DNA of 64,000 nt. It comes from an uncultured Verrucomicrobiae bacterium (GTDB lineage: Bacteria; Verrucomicrobiota; Verrucomicrobiia; Verrucomicrobiales; Akkermansiaceae). Below the pieces are notes generated by a model, which did not search any database, was not told the DNA's origin, and saw only the letters and a list, made by a program, of their open reading frames with translations. Of this stretch, positions 48,680-59,097 are shown piece after piece (positions within the stretch are counted from its first letter, which is position 1; the number at the start of each line of letters is the position of its first letter). A program made the position numbers and the translations under genes. The DNA lies in assembly GCA_963799385.1 (NCBI GenBank), contig CAWCXB010000018.1, forward strand, positions 27,698 to 91,697. The letters are read 5' to 3'.

Positions 48680-49179
48680 GATCACGCGCACCGCAGCAAG
48701 CCGATATCTCCTCACTTGCGAAGGAACTCAACGGCTTGGGAGCCAAATACATCATCATCGGTGGCTTCGCGATTATCCTCTCAGGCTACCCACGATCGAC
48801 ACTCGATCTCGACCTTATCGTCGCCACCGATCCCGAAAACGAAGCCAAAGTCTTCAAAGCCCTCGAATCCCTCCCGGACAAGGCCGTACTCGAACTCGAA
48901 CCCGGCGAAATTGCAAAATACACCGTCATCCGGGTCGGCGATGAAATCTGTGTGGACCTCATGGCCTCTGCTAGCGGTATCGGTTACGAGGAAGCCGCCA
49001 AAGACCAGATCATCCGCATCGTCGATGGGGTCCCCATCCCCTTCGCCTCCCCCCGCCTTCTGTATCGGATGAAGGAAAAAACCCACCGCGAAAAAGACCG
49101 CGCCGACCTCCAGTTTCTCCGCGAAAACTACGCCGAAGAAATCTTCGGCTCGGATTCGGATAAGGACCGCGGACTTTAG
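48643..49179 (+). CDS. Pol-beta-superfamily nucleotidyltransferase (DUF6036/AbiEii-like)
   Basis: YIIIGGFA...PRSTLDLDL, K...REKDRADL. Confidence 0.8.
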   Translation: MDEELDTTEEGLGSRAPQQADISSLAKELNGLGAKYIIIGGFAIILSGYPRSTLDLDLIVATDPENEAKVFKALESLPDKAVLELEPGEIAKYTVIRVGDEICVDLMASASGIGYEEAAKDQIIRIVDGVPIPFASPRLLYRMKEKTHREKDRADLQFLRENYAEEIFGSDSDKDRGL

Positions 49180-49222
49180 TCCGCGGCAAATGGAGCGCTG
49201 CCTTCAGACGACGATTGTCCCT

Positions 49223-49510
49223 CTAGTCGACGAATCCAGCCACTGTGGCCACGAATGCCATGGCTAGAACGCTTATGCCGAGAGCGCAACCAAGCCACAG
49301 CAGCCAATCGAACAAAGGTGCACCATATTTCATCGCCCGGATGTATCGCAGCGAAATGAGCAGCCAGCCACAGTAGGCGATATACCTCGCCAATTCCCAG
49401 TCGTAAAAGTTCCGGAAGGGCGAGAGAATCCATCCGAGAAAAATCGAAACCACCAGTGGCCAAATCGGGAGAAATCTCAACTCCTTGAAAAAGACCTTCC
49501 ATCTCATCCG
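49223..49510 (-). CDS. Small hypothetical membrane protein
   Basis: Three hydrophobic segments; start uncertain. Confidence 0.4.
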   Translation of the reverse strand, partial: RMRWKVFFKELRFLPIWPLVVSIFLGWILSPFRNFYDWELARYIAYCGWLLISLRYIRAMKYGAPLFDWLLWLGCALGISVLAMAFVATVAGFVD

Positions 49511-49626
49511 AACATCCTGCGGGACGCCCCGATGATGCGAAAGCATTTTCCCCAACTACTCGATCTTTTTGGAAATTTCCCAAACAAATTCCGATTCTGG
49601 TGTCGCAAAAAAACGAACACCCTGTA

Positions 49627-50367
49627 ATGACCTCCCCACCCATGATTGAAGTCGCAAAACTCAGCAAACGTTTCGGCAGCAAGCTTGCCGTGAACAACCT
49701 CTCATTCACTGTCGAAAAAGGCGAAGTCCTTGGTTTCCTCGGACCCAACGGCGCAGGAAAGTCCACCACCATGCGCATGGTTACCGGCTTCATTCCACCG
49801 ACTTCCGGTGACGCGAAAATCTGCGGCATCTCCATCGTGGAAAACCCCTCCGCCGCAAAAAGAAAAATCGGCTACCTCCCGGAATCCGCCCCTCTCTATA
49901 ACGACATGACCGTCACAGGATTCCTCAAGTTCTGCGCCGAAATCCGCGGCCTCGTCGGTCCTGAGAAAAACGAAGCAGTCGAGCGCTCCATCGAGACCTG
50001 CTTCCTCACAACCGTAGCCCACCAGTCCATCGACACCCTATCAAAAGGCTATCGCCACCGCACCTGCCTAGCTCAGGCCCTTCTGCACGATCCCGAAGTC
50101 TTGATTCTCGACGAACCGACCGACGGCCTCGATCCAAACCAAAAATACGAAGTCCGCCAGCTTATCAAACGTCTCGGAGAAACCAAAGCTATCCTCTTTT
50201 CCACCCACATTCTCGAAGAAGTCGAAGCCGCCTGCACCCGCGCCGTCATCGTAGACCGCGGCGCGATCGTAGCCGACGGCACCCCTGCCGAACTCATCGC
50301 CCAAGCCCCCAACGGCTCTCTCACCGAACTCTTCCGAAAAGTCACCACCACCGACACCGCCGCGTAG
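49627..50367 (+). CDS. ABC transporter ATP-binding protein (GldA-like)
   Basis: GPNGAGKST, LSKGYRHR, ILDEPTDGLDP. Confidence 0.93.
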   Translation: MTSPPMIEVAKLSKRFGSKLAVNNLSFTVEKGEVLGFLGPNGAGKSTTMRMVTGFIPPTSGDAKICGISIVENPSAAKRKIGYLPESAPLYNDMTVTGFLKFCAEIRGLVGPEKNEAVERSIETCFLTTVAHQSIDTLSKGYRHRTCLAQALLHDPEVLILDEPTDGLDPNQKYEVRQLIKRLGETKAILFSTHILEEVEAACTRAVIVDRGAIVADGTPAELIAQAPNGSLTELFRKVTTTDTAA

Positions 50368-50388
50368 GGGCGATCTTCGGTCGCCCCT
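50364..50388 (+). repeat. GTAG/GTGG-type REP hairpin; other copies at 11415..11440 and 13427..13452
   Basis: gtaggggcgatcttcggtcgcccct; its TAG is the stop codon of the ATPase gene. Confidence 0.75.
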
Positions 50389-50435
50389 CACTTCACAAGC
50401 CCAGTCTTCCCTGAAAACTGAAACCTAGCAAACTT

Positions 50436-51167
50436 ATGACCAGCCTCACCATTTTCAAACGCGAGCTAAAGTCCTACTTCGCCCAGCCCACCGCCTACGC
50501 GATTATCGTTATCTTTCTCCTCCTTTCCCTAGGTATGACTTTCACCTTCGGAAACTTCATGCGCGTGGGCGATGCCTCGCTCGAATACTCGTTCTTCTTC
50601 TGGCACCCGTGGCTCTACATGCTCATCGCGCCCGCCATCGGCATGAAACTCTGGGCGGATGAGCAACGCAGTGGTACGATCGAACTCCTCGGCACCTTTC
50701 CAGTCTCTATCTGGTCCGCCATTTTAGGAAAGTTCCTCGCAGCCGCTACTGTGACCCTAGTAGCTCTCGCGCTGACCTTCCCCATCGTCATCACGGTGAA
50801 CTACCTCGGCAGCCCCGACAACGGAGCCATCGCCTCGGGTTACATCGGATCGTTTCTCGTAGCCTGCACCTTCCTTGCCATCACTATGCTTGTTTCCGCC
50901 TGCACGCGTGACCAAGTCGTCTGCCTCATCGTTTCCGTCACCATCTGCACCTGTATGGTGCTCTGCGGCTATGACGACTTCACCCGAGAATTGGCGAAAG
51001 CTACCTCCGCCTCCACCGTCGAAGCCATCGTCGCCATTGGTGTCTGGGATCATTTCTCTTCCCTCAATCGCGGCCTGTTCCGCTTCCAAGATTTCATCTG
51101 GTTCGCCAGCTTCATCGGCCTCTGCCTCCTAGGCACCTCCACCATCCTAAGCGCAAAGCGCGCCTAA
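50436..51167 (+). CDS. ABC-2 permease (GldF-like)
   Basis: IFKRELKSYF, MKLWADEQRSGTIELL; six TM segments. Confidence 0.9.
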   Translation: MTSLTIFKRELKSYFAQPTAYAIIVIFLLLSLGMTFTFGNFMRVGDASLEYSFFFWHPWLYMLIAPAIGMKLWADEQRSGTIELLGTFPVSIWSAILGKFLAAATVTLVALALTFPIVITVNYLGSPDNGAIASGYIGSFLVACTFLAITMLVSACTRDQVVCLIVSVTICTCMVLCGYDDFTRELAKATSASTVEAIVAIGVWDHFSSLNRGLFRFQDFIWFASFIGLCLLGTSTILSAKRA

Positions 51168-51209
51168 TCCGGTTTCAGCATTTCAGTTTTCAGCATTTCA
51201 GAATTTACC

Positions 51210-53093
51210 ATGAAAGCCCCCATCACACGCGCCGCCTTCGGCATCGCCGCCCTCGTCGCCATCGCCATCCTCGCAAACTGGCTCGTCGCGCTCACTCCTC
51301 TCGGAAATCGCGGAGCGGATTTTACCGAAAACAAGGTCCATACCCTGTCCGAAGGCACAAAATCCATCCTCTCGGAACTCGATACACCAGTCGTCGTTCG
51401 CTACTACGCCACCCGTAGTTCCGACTACATGCCTGAGCAACTCAAGCTCCACGTCAAGCGCGTGGATGATCTCCTCAACGAATACTCGAATCTCGCCGGA
51501 GACGAACTTCGCGTAGAAAATCTCGATCCAGAGCCAGACACCGATGCGGAAGACTCCGCCAATCTCGACGGAATCAACGGTCAGCAAATCAACGGCGATA
51601 ATCTCTACCTCGGCATCGCCATCTCGGCGCTCGATAAAAAGGTCATCTTGCCCTTCCTCGATCCATCCGATGAAACGATGCTCGAATACCATATCTCCAA
51701 AGCCATCGCCGAGGTCAGCACACCGGTGAAACCCGTCATCGGAATCATGTCCGCGCTCGAGCTTGGCGGCAGTCAGACAATGATGCCCGGCCAACAGGGA
51801 CAGCCCGCCTGGGTCATCTACCAGCAACTCCAGCAAGCATTTGATCTGAAAGATCTGGGGATGAACCCGGAACGGATCGACCCGAACGAAATCAAAGTCC
51901 TCCTCCTCTTTCACCCTGCGGAAATTTCCCCTGAAACGGAATACCTCGTGGATCAGTACCTGCTCAACGGCGGCACCGTCGTCGCCTGTCTGGATGCCTA
52001 TTCCCTCGCCGCGCAAATGACCGGCGGAGGCAACCCAATGACCGGTCAGCCCGGCGCACCAACCACCTCCACCCTCCCAACCTTGCTGCCCACATGGGGG
52101 ATGAACTTCACCTCGAACGAGGTATTGGCGGATCCAGTCTATGCCACCCAACTTGGTGGCGATCGTAAAGGCATCGCCGTGCTCAGCCTTCCGCATAGCG
52201 CGATGCCTCAGAAGGACAATATCGTCACCAAAGGTCTCGAATCCGTAACCTTCTATCTGACCGGCGCTCTGAAAAATAACGGCGGCGGCGGAGTTACCGT
52301 AAATTCCCTGATCCGCTCATCCGACCGGGCCGGGTTTGTGGATTCATTCAAAGCCTCCCGACTCGACCCCACACTCGACACTTCGATCAAGTCAATGGGC
52401 GTCGCCTATGATCTGGTCACTCACCTCTCAGGAAATTTCAAATCCGCATTCCCTGACGGAAAGCCGAACGCCCAGGAACCAACAGGGGAAGAGAAAACCA
52501 AGGACAAGGGCACTGAAAAATCTCTCAAGGAAGCTGTCAAACCAGGCAACGTCTTCCTCGTCGCGGATATCGATGCTTTCTACGACCGCTTTGCCTACAG
52601 CCTCCAGAACTTCGGCGGCATGCAAATGGCCACTCCCGCCAATGGCAACTCGAGCTTGCTTCTGAACCTGCTCGACCAAGCCACCGGATCGAAATACCTC
52701 ATCGGCTCTCGCTCCCGCGCCGCCACCCGCCGTCCCTTCACCGTCATCCAAGAAATGGAAGCGGATTTCGACAAACAGGTCGGCAGCAAGATCGCGGAGT
52801 TCCAGACAAAACAACAGGAAGCACAATCAAAGCTTCAAGAACTCCAAGCGCAGAAGGCCGAAGGCTCGGAACTCTACCTTTCCCCGGAGCAGGAAGCAGA
52901 AATCCGAAAACTGCGCGAGCAGCAGGTCGAATACTCCCGCCTCATCCGTAACCAAGAGAAAGAACTCCGTCGCCAGAAAGACAAGCTCGCAGGCCAGATC
53001 ACCCTACTCAACGTAGCTGCCATGCCCACCCTCGTCATTCTCTTCGGCCTCGCCCTATTCCTCAAGCGCCGTTCTTCAACACGTGCGCGTTGA
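51210..53093 (+). CDS. GldG-family ABC auxiliary protein
   Basis: DFTENKVHTLSEGT, VDQYLLNGG, LVADID; N- and C-terminal TM segments. Confidence 0.88.
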   Translation: MKAPITRAAFGIAALVAIAILANWLVALTPLGNRGADFTENKVHTLSEGTKSILSELDTPVVVRYYATRSSDYMPEQLKLHVKRVDDLLNEYSNLAGDELRVENLDPEPDTDAEDSANLDGINGQQINGDNLYLGIAISALDKKVILPFLDPSDETMLEYHISKAIAEVSTPVKPVIGIMSALELGGSQTMMPGQQGQPAWVIYQQLQQAFDLKDLGMNPERIDPNEIKVLLLFHPAEISPETEYLVDQYLLNGGTVVACLDAYSLAAQMTGGGNPMTGQPGAPTTSTLPTLLPTWGMNFTSNEVLADPVYATQLGGDRKGIAVLSLPHSAMPQKDNIVTKGLESVTFYLTGALKNNGGGGVTVNSLIRSSDRAGFVDSFKASRLDPTLDTSIKSMGVAYDLVTHLSGNFKSAFPDGKPNAQEPTGEEKTKDKGTEKSLKEAVKPGNVFLVADIDAFYDRFAYSLQNFGGMQMATPANGNSSLLLNLLDQATGSKYLIGSRSRAATRRPFTVIQEMEADFDKQVGSKIAEFQTKQQEAQSKLQELQAQKAEGSELYLSPEQEAEIRKLREQQVEYSRLIRNQEKELRRQKDKLAGQITLLNVAAMPTLVILFGLALFLKRRSSTRAR

Positions 53094-53190
53094 GTTACAA
53101 GTTAGAGGTTATTTGTTATAAGGAATAGCCTCTTCCTTCCTCCCCCAATAACTTTCAACAAGTATCCAACAACTTTTTCCCGGAAAAACC

Positions 53191-54600
53191 ATGAAATCCC
53201 GCACCCTTATCCTCCTCTGGCTCATCGCACTCGCCCTCGGAGCCTGCGTATTCTACCTCAAGCAGTCCGAAGGTAAGAACGAAGGAAACGCCACCACCCG
53301 CGTACCCGGGCAGACCCTTCTCCCTGAATTCCCTGCCGAAAAAGTAGCCACGATCGAAATCGCAGGCGCAGAGGGCAAAGTCACTCTCACTGAAAAAGGT
53401 GAGGAATGGACCGTCGCCGAACGCGACAATTACCCCGCGAATACTCGCAATATCAATGACCTTCTGCGCTCCCTTTCAGAATTGAAAGTAACTCAGGGAA
53501 TCGAAGCTGGCCCATCCTTCGCCCCTCGATTCGGAATGGATGAAAAATCATCCGACCCTGCAGAACACGGGATCACCGCCACCTTCAAAGACTCCGCAGG
53601 AAAGCAAATCTCCAAGGTTTCGTTCGGGAAAAATCTCGATGCCGCTTCATCCTCATCACCGTTTGGCGGAGGAGCGACCGGACGTTATGTGCACAACCAC
53701 GCCGATAAATCCGGCTTCTACGCCGTCTCGGAAGTCTTCGGAATCCTCTCACCCGATCCAAAGAGCTGGCTCGCCGATGATTTCCTGAAAATCGAGAAAA
53801 TCGAATCCATCTCGCTCACCGAACCCGGCAGCGACAAGGCCGAGTGGACACTCACTCGTCCGGACGAAGCCGCCGAATTCGCATTCACCGATGCGTTCCC
53901 CGGAGTGAAAATCAACCCTTCCGCCGTCGCCCCACTCAAATCGCTGTTTTCCTTTGCTCGCTTCGATGATGTGGTGCCCGCCTCGGAAGTTGAGAAACGT
54001 GCCACACCAGATCAGCTCCAAAAGGCAATTATCAAGACCTTCGAAGGCTTCACCTACGAGCTCACCCTCCAACCGGCAGAATCCACCCAAGACGCAAAAG
54101 AAGGTGAAGCCCCACCAGCTTCCGAAAACTACCTGATGACCGTCAGCGTCTCCGCGACTCTCCCGAAAGAGCGCAAGAAGCCTGCGGAAGAGACAAATGA
54201 AGAAGCCGAAGCCGCCGACGAAGCCTTCAAAAGCCGACTCGAAACCCTCAGCACTCTCCTCGCTGAAACCAAAGCCCTCGAGGGTCGCACCTACGAAGTC
54301 ACCAAGTTCACCGCTGATGCCCTCCTAAAATCCCGCACCGATCTCATGGATAAAGGTCCTGGGCCGGAGGGAGCAGGCCCTGGAGCCAACACCCCACCTC
54401 CCTTCCCAGGCGCATCCGCCTTCACCCCTCCCATCGAAATTCCCGCCCAGCCAACTCCTGAGGTCACGGAACAGCCCGATGAAAAACCCATCAGCAAAGC
54501 CCCCCAGCCTGCCCCTGAAGCCACGGAGCCTCCCGAAGAACAACCTGAGGAACAGGAAATCCCAAAAGCGCCCGAGCCGGAACTCCCGGTCGAGGAGTAA
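53191..54600 (+). CDS. DUF4340-domain protein
   Basis: N-terminal TM, position after a GldG-like gene, Pro/Glu-rich tail. Confidence 0.75.
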   Translation: MKSRTLILLWLIALALGACVFYLKQSEGKNEGNATTRVPGQTLLPEFPAEKVATIEIAGAEGKVTLTEKGEEWTVAERDNYPANTRNINDLLRSLSELKVTQGIEAGPSFAPRFGMDEKSSDPAEHGITATFKDSAGKQISKVSFGKNLDAASSSSPFGGGATGRYVHNHADKSGFYAVSEVFGILSPDPKSWLADDFLKIEKIESISLTEPGSDKAEWTLTRPDEAAEFAFTDAFPGVKINPSAVAPLKSLFSFARFDDVVPASEVEKRATPDQLQKAIIKTFEGFTYELTLQPAESTQDAKEGEAPPASENYLMTVSVSATLPKERKKPAEETNEEAEAADEAFKSRLETLSTLLAETKALEGRTYEVTKFTADALLKSRTDLMDKGPGPEGAGPGANTPPPFPGASAFTPPIEIPAQPTPEVTEQPDEKPISKAPQPAPEATEPPEEQPEEQEIPKAPEPELPVEE

Positions 54601-54655
54601 TTGCCTTCCCCTATCGACAGACGGCCACCCTCGCCCTACTCTCAGACAATCCGTT

Positions 54656-54934
54656 ATGTCCAATCCCCACGACCACCCGACCGCCCTCAAGGATCTCCAG
54701 GATTCCATCTACCGGGAAAAAGTCCTCCGCGCCCGCGCGATGACGCGTGAGGAGAGATTCATGACAGGCTTCGAGCTGACGAATTCCGTTTCAGCCATGA
54801 ACCTCGCCGGCGCGATGGCCAGGATCGGAACCAAAGACGAGGCACTCGGTTGGGCGGAAGCGAAACGTCTAAGGGCACGCCTTAACCGAGTCCGGGACCA
54901 TGGGCTTTACGTTTCGGAAAAACCCGCGTCATGA
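54656..54934 (+). CDS. Small hypothetical protein, partner of the nucleotidyltransferase
   Basis: IYREKVLRARAMTREER; ATGA overlap with the next gene. Confidence 0.7.
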   Translation: MSNPHDHPTALKDLQDSIYREKVLRARAMTREERFMTGFELTNSVSAMNLAGAMARIGTKDEALGWAEAKRLRARLNRVRDHGLYVSEKPAS

Positions 54935-55494
54935 CCGTCGAGCAGCTAGCAATCCGAGTCATCCGCGCGTGTGAGGCGCAATCCGTTGATCATATGCTCA
55001 CGGGTGCCTTCGCTTACAACTGCTACGGAATACCGCGCGCCACGAAAGACGTAGATATCGTCGTCGATGTCTCCGCGCCAGGTGGGATCAAACCACTCAT
55101 CACCAAGCTGGAGCCGGACATTGTATTTGGAGATCAGGTCCAGTTTGATACATTGACTTGGGGTCGCCGACACATCGGAAATCCTGTGGGAAACTCACTC
55201 GTTCGTATCGAACTCTTTGAGCTTTTCGATGACGATTTCGTCAAAACCCAGTTTTCGCGAAGAAAGCGCATCACCGTTCCCCAGCTATCGATGGACTCGT
55301 GGATACCGACCGCCGAGGATATCATCACTCAAAAACTCCGCTGGGGACGCCCGAAGGATCTCGAAGATGCCCTTGACGTTCTCGCAACCGAGGGCCCGGA
55401 AACCCTCGACATGCCCTACATCGAAAACTGGTGCGCCATCCATAAGACCACCGAACGCCTGCAAGCCACCCTCGCACGCATCCCTGAGTTCTAA
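54931..55494 (+). CDS. Pol-beta-superfamily nucleotidyltransferase (DUF6036-like)
   Basis: MLTGAFA...PRATKDVDIVV, TAEDIITQKLRWGRPKDLED. Confidence 0.8.
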   Translation: MTVEQLAIRVIRACEAQSVDHMLTGAFAYNCYGIPRATKDVDIVVDVSAPGGIKPLITKLEPDIVFGDQVQFDTLTWGRRHIGNPVGNSLVRIELFELFDDDFVKTQFSRRKRITVPQLSMDSWIPTAEDIITQKLRWGRPKDLEDALDVLATEGPETLDMPYIENWCAIHKTTERLQATLARIPEF

Positions 55495-55495
55495 C

Positions 55496-55532
55496 CACTG
55501 CTCACTGCTCACTGCTCACTGCTCACTCAGCA
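55496..55532 (+). repeat. Heptamer tandem repeat (CACTGCT)n
   Basis: Four perfect units plus a partial unit; related arrays at about 13515-13545 (inverted), 13675-13716, 11861-11898 and 11990-12027. Confidence 0.85.
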
Positions 55533-55590
55533 CCCGGCCGTTCCATAAAAATCTGGCAAACCGCCCCCTTTCCCGTTTACATCCGGCCCC

Positions 55591-56652
55591 GTGACCACTA
55601 ACCGCACAGACGATCTTCGAATTTCCGGCATCAATCCGCTTATCTCTCCTGCGGTTCTCGCCTACTATCTTCCTATTAACGAGCAGGCAGCCAACGTGGT
55701 TTCGTCCGCCCGTACCCAGGCCGAGGCCATCCTCAACCGCGAGGACGATCGCCTGCTCGTCGTCATCGGCCCATGCTCCATCCATGATCCGGCGGCAGCT
55801 CTCGAATACGCGGAGAAGCTCAAAGTGGAAGCCGAGCGCCTGAAAGATGATCTCTGCATCATCATGCGGGTCTATTTTGAAAAGCCTCGGACCACCGTCG
55901 GTTGGAAAGGCTTGATCAACGATCCCGGCTTGGATGATTCCTTCGATATCAATCGGGGCCTACGCATCGCACGCAAGCTCCTCCTGGACCTCGCAAACAT
56001 GGGAATCCCCGCCGGCACGGAATTTCTCGATACCATCTCTCCACAATACTACGCGGATCTCATCGCATGGGGCGCCATCGGTGCCCGCACCACGGAATCA
56101 CAGATCCACCGCGAACTCGCCTCCGGCCTGTCCATGCCTGTCGGCTTCAAAAACGGTACCGGCGGCTCCATCCAGCTCGCGCTCGATGCGATCCAATCCG
56201 CCTCCCGCCCACACCATTTTCTCTCCGTCACGAAACAAGGCGTCTCTGCCATTGTTTCCACCGCCGGAAATGAATCCTGTCACCTCATCCTGCGCGGCGG
56301 CAAATCGGGACCAAACTACGATGCCCAATCCGTCGCCACCGTAGAGAAAATGCTCACCGAGCAGAATCTCCCGCATTCCCTGATGATCGATTGCTCCCAC
56401 GGGAACTCAAACAAAGATTACCGCAACCAGCCTCTCGTTGCGAAGGATCTCGCCCACCAGATTGCCGCTGGATCAAAATCGATCACCTCCGTGATGATCG
56501 AATCGAACCTCGTAGAAGGAAACCAGAAGCTAGATCCGGATCTCTCGAAATTGACTCACGGCCAATCCGTCACCGATGCCTGCATCAACTGGGACGACAC
56601 AGTCGGTGTCCTCGAAACCTTCGCGGAAGCCGTCCGCAAACGGCGCGGATAG
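55591..56652 (+). CDS. aroG: Class I DAHP synthase (AroG/AroF type)
   Basis: IGPCSIHD, RVYFEKPRTTVGWKG, AIGARTTESQ, DCSHGNS, GQSVTDACI. Confidence 0.95.
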   Translation: MTTNRTDDLRISGINPLISPAVLAYYLPINEQAANVVSSARTQAEAILNREDDRLLVVIGPCSIHDPAAALEYAEKLKVEAERLKDDLCIIMRVYFEKPRTTVGWKGLINDPGLDDSFDINRGLRIARKLLLDLANMGIPAGTEFLDTISPQYYADLIAWGAIGARTTESQIHRELASGLSMPVGFKNGTGGSIQLALDAIQSASRPHHFLSVTKQGVSAIVSTAGNESCHLILRGGKSGPNYDAQSVATVEKMLTEQNLPHSLMIDCSHGNSNKDYRNQPLVAKDLAHQIAAGSKSITSVMIESNLVEGNQKLDPDLSKLTHGQSVTDACINWDDTVGVLETFAEAVRKRRG

Positions 56653-56695
56653 GAACCGAGTGCCGGATTAGGCACTTCCTAAAACAAGCACCCCT

Positions 56696-58429
56696 TCATC
56701 GCTCCGCCTTAGGCATTTTAAGAAACGCCTCCACTTCTTCCAAGGAACGGGTGTTGAAGATATCCTCGCGCCGGAGCCATCCTTTCCGCGCCAGCCTCAC
56801 ACCCACCCCAATGTGGTGCAGTCTCGCCCTTGAATGCGCGTCCGGATTGATCGAGCAAAGCACACCCTTGTCCCGTGCCCGTTTCCACCAGCGCCAGTCC
56901 AAATCCATCCGCATCGGGCTGCAATTCAGCTCGATGATGGTCCGGGTCGCTGCCGCGCAATCGATGATGCGGGCGTGATCCACCGGATAGCCATCACGTT
57001 TCAGCAACAACCGCCCAGTCACATGGCCGAGCATGGTGACGTGCTCGTTCTCCATCGCACGGCACAGGCGTTGAGTCATTGTTTCCTCATCGAGTTTCCC
57101 GAAGTTGTGGACGGAGGCCACGGTGAAATCGAGTTGCTCCAGAATGTCATCGGAAAAGTCCAGTGAGCCGTCCATCAGGATATCCACTTCGGAACCGGCG
57201 AAGATTCGGAAACCTCCCAAAGTTTTTTCCAAGGCGCGTATCGTCTCCACTTGCTTCAGCAAACGCTCCTCATTCAATCCGCCCGCATACGCCGATGATT
57301 TCGAGTGGTCGGAAATGCCGAGGTATTGCAGTCCCAGGTCCATCGCTTCCTCGACCATTCCCTCCAGTGTATCCTTGCCATCGGATTCCGTAGTGTGATT
57401 GTGGAACGTGCCCCGCAGATTCATCAGCTCGACGAGACGCGGAATCTTGTTTTCCGCAGCCGCTTCGATCTCGCCACGGTTCTCGCGCAGCTCCGGCTCG
57501 ATATACTGAAGTCCCAAAGCTTTGTAGATATCCTTCTCCTCCTCCACTTCCGGCCTTGCGATGGTTTCATCCACGGGGTTGAGGCCATACTCATTGAGCG
57601 ACCAACCTTTCTTCAATGCCAGTGACCGCAACGCGACATTGTGCTCCTTCGAGCCCGTGAAATATTGGAGAGCAAAAGGAAACTCGGAATTTTTCACCGC
57701 CCGGAGATCGCAGAACATTCCGTTTTTCAAGCGCACGGACGCTTTCGTATCCCCGCAGGCGATCACCGCATCGACCTGCGGCAGTGTAGTGAAATCCTCG
57801 CAGACCAAGGCACCCTCCTTCGTCGCCACAAGGAAATCCAAATCACCCACGGTTTCCTTCGCACGCCGGTAGGAACCAGCCACTGCCACCCGCGAGACTT
57901 CGGGATGGAGTTTCAACGTTTCCAAAATCCCCTCCACCAATGCCCCGATACTTCCAAGCGTAAAACGATCCGCGAACTTCTCGTTCACCGCGATCGCTTC
58001 GAGAATCTTCACCTGCGTCTTCGCGCCGAAGCCCGGTAGCTCCGCGACCTTCCCCACCTCACAAGCGACCCGAAGCTTGTCCACCGAGTCCACGCCAAGA
58101 GAATCGTAAAGCGCCTTGATCTTCTTCGGCCCCAACCCCTGCACATCGAACAGCGAGAAGATCGTCTCCGGAAACTCGCTCTTAAGATTCTCATAAAACT
58201 CCAACCCACCTGTATTCGCCATCTCGCCAAGCTTGTCACGCAAAGCCTCACCGATGCCTTTCACGCCCTTGAGTTCGTCATTCTTCGCCAACTCCACCAC
58301 ATCCTCCTCCATCGAAAGTACGATCTCCGCCCCCTGCCTGTAGGCACGCACTTTGAACGGATTCTCCCCTTTCAGCTCCAGCAACAACGCAATCTTTTCC
58401 AGCGTCTCCGCCATTTCTTCCCGATTCAT
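56696..58429 (-). CDS. polX: DNA polymerase X / PHP-domain protein
   Basis: GENPFKVRAY, AGSYRRAKETVGDLD, YFTGSKEHN, HNHTTESDG, INPDAH. Confidence 0.95.
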   Translation of the reverse strand: MNREEMAETLEKIALLLELKGENPFKVRAYRQGAEIVLSMEEDVVELAKNDELKGVKGIGEALRDKLGEMANTGGLEFYENLKSEFPETIFSLFDVQGLGPKKIKALYDSLGVDSVDKLRVACEVGKVAELPGFGAKTQVKILEAIAVNEKFADRFTLGSIGALVEGILETLKLHPEVSRVAVAGSYRRAKETVGDLDFLVATKEGALVCEDFTTLPQVDAVIACGDTKASVRLKNGMFCDLRAVKNSEFPFALQYFTGSKEHNVALRSLALKKGWSLNEYGLNPVDETIARPEVEEEKDIYKALGLQYIEPELRENRGEIEAAAENKIPRLVELMNLRGTFHNHTTESDGKDTLEGMVEEAMDLGLQYLGISDHSKSSAYAGGLNEERLLKQVETIRALEKTLGGFRIFAGSEVDILMDGSLDFSDDILEQLDFTVASVHNFGKLDEETMTQRLCRAMENEHVTMLGHVTGRLLLKRDGYPVDHARIIDCAAATRTIIELNCSPMRMDLDWRWWKRARDKGVLCSINPDAHSRARLHHIGVGVRLARKGWLRREDIFNTRSLEEVEAFLKMPKAER

Positions 58430-58501
58430 TTCAGAGAAAATATGGCGGTGTGGTGACAAGCAAGCAAGCAAGACGGAGTCGGGACTTTCCAGTCCAGACC
58501 A

Positions 58502-58976
58502 TCAGGCAGCGTGCTTGCGATTCAGCAGCCACATAACGGGAAGAGCTAAAAAGAGCGAAACCAGCAGCCCGCCTAAAACACCAGTAACCAGATTCAGTCC
58601 CACATTCGGGGAAACCGACGAGTCGGCAATCACCGGATCGTCGTGAATGGTGTCTGAAAATCTGTTAATAATCTCACGAGTTTCAAGTTCTTGTTTCATC
58701 TAATCGAGCAGAGCTTTATTCGTTTCGTAATCTTTCTTAGAATTCGAATGCTCCGCTATATTTCTGGAATCTTTCGAACTCCGTGCCCAAGAAGCTCAGC
58801 GAGGCTGGATCAACTCCAACTCCGCCGTCCATTCGCATCCTAGGTTTTACTTCGATTGTCGCGAAGCTCTCGTATTTTTTCGGCATGACATAGGTCACGG
58901 CCGCTGCGAGCAGGAATCCGCAAAACAACCCCACAGGTAACATCACAAGAAGGATCCACCAGTAGCGTTTGAACAT
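58502..58976 (-). pseudogene. Fragmented Wzz/GumC-like chain-length determinant
   Basis: N-terminal RYWW-TM-MPKKYES and C-terminal VSPNV-TM pieces lie in different frames with stops, and the middle is largely missing. Confidence 0.6.
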
Positions 58977-59097
58977 TCGTGATCATCGTGAGCGACGCGG
59001 GGACTGGCAACCGGATTTCTCGGTGTGGAAACGACACCCCACATTGTCACATTCCCGCTCTCGCCAATCCGAAACTGATCCGCCAAATTTCCCGGTC

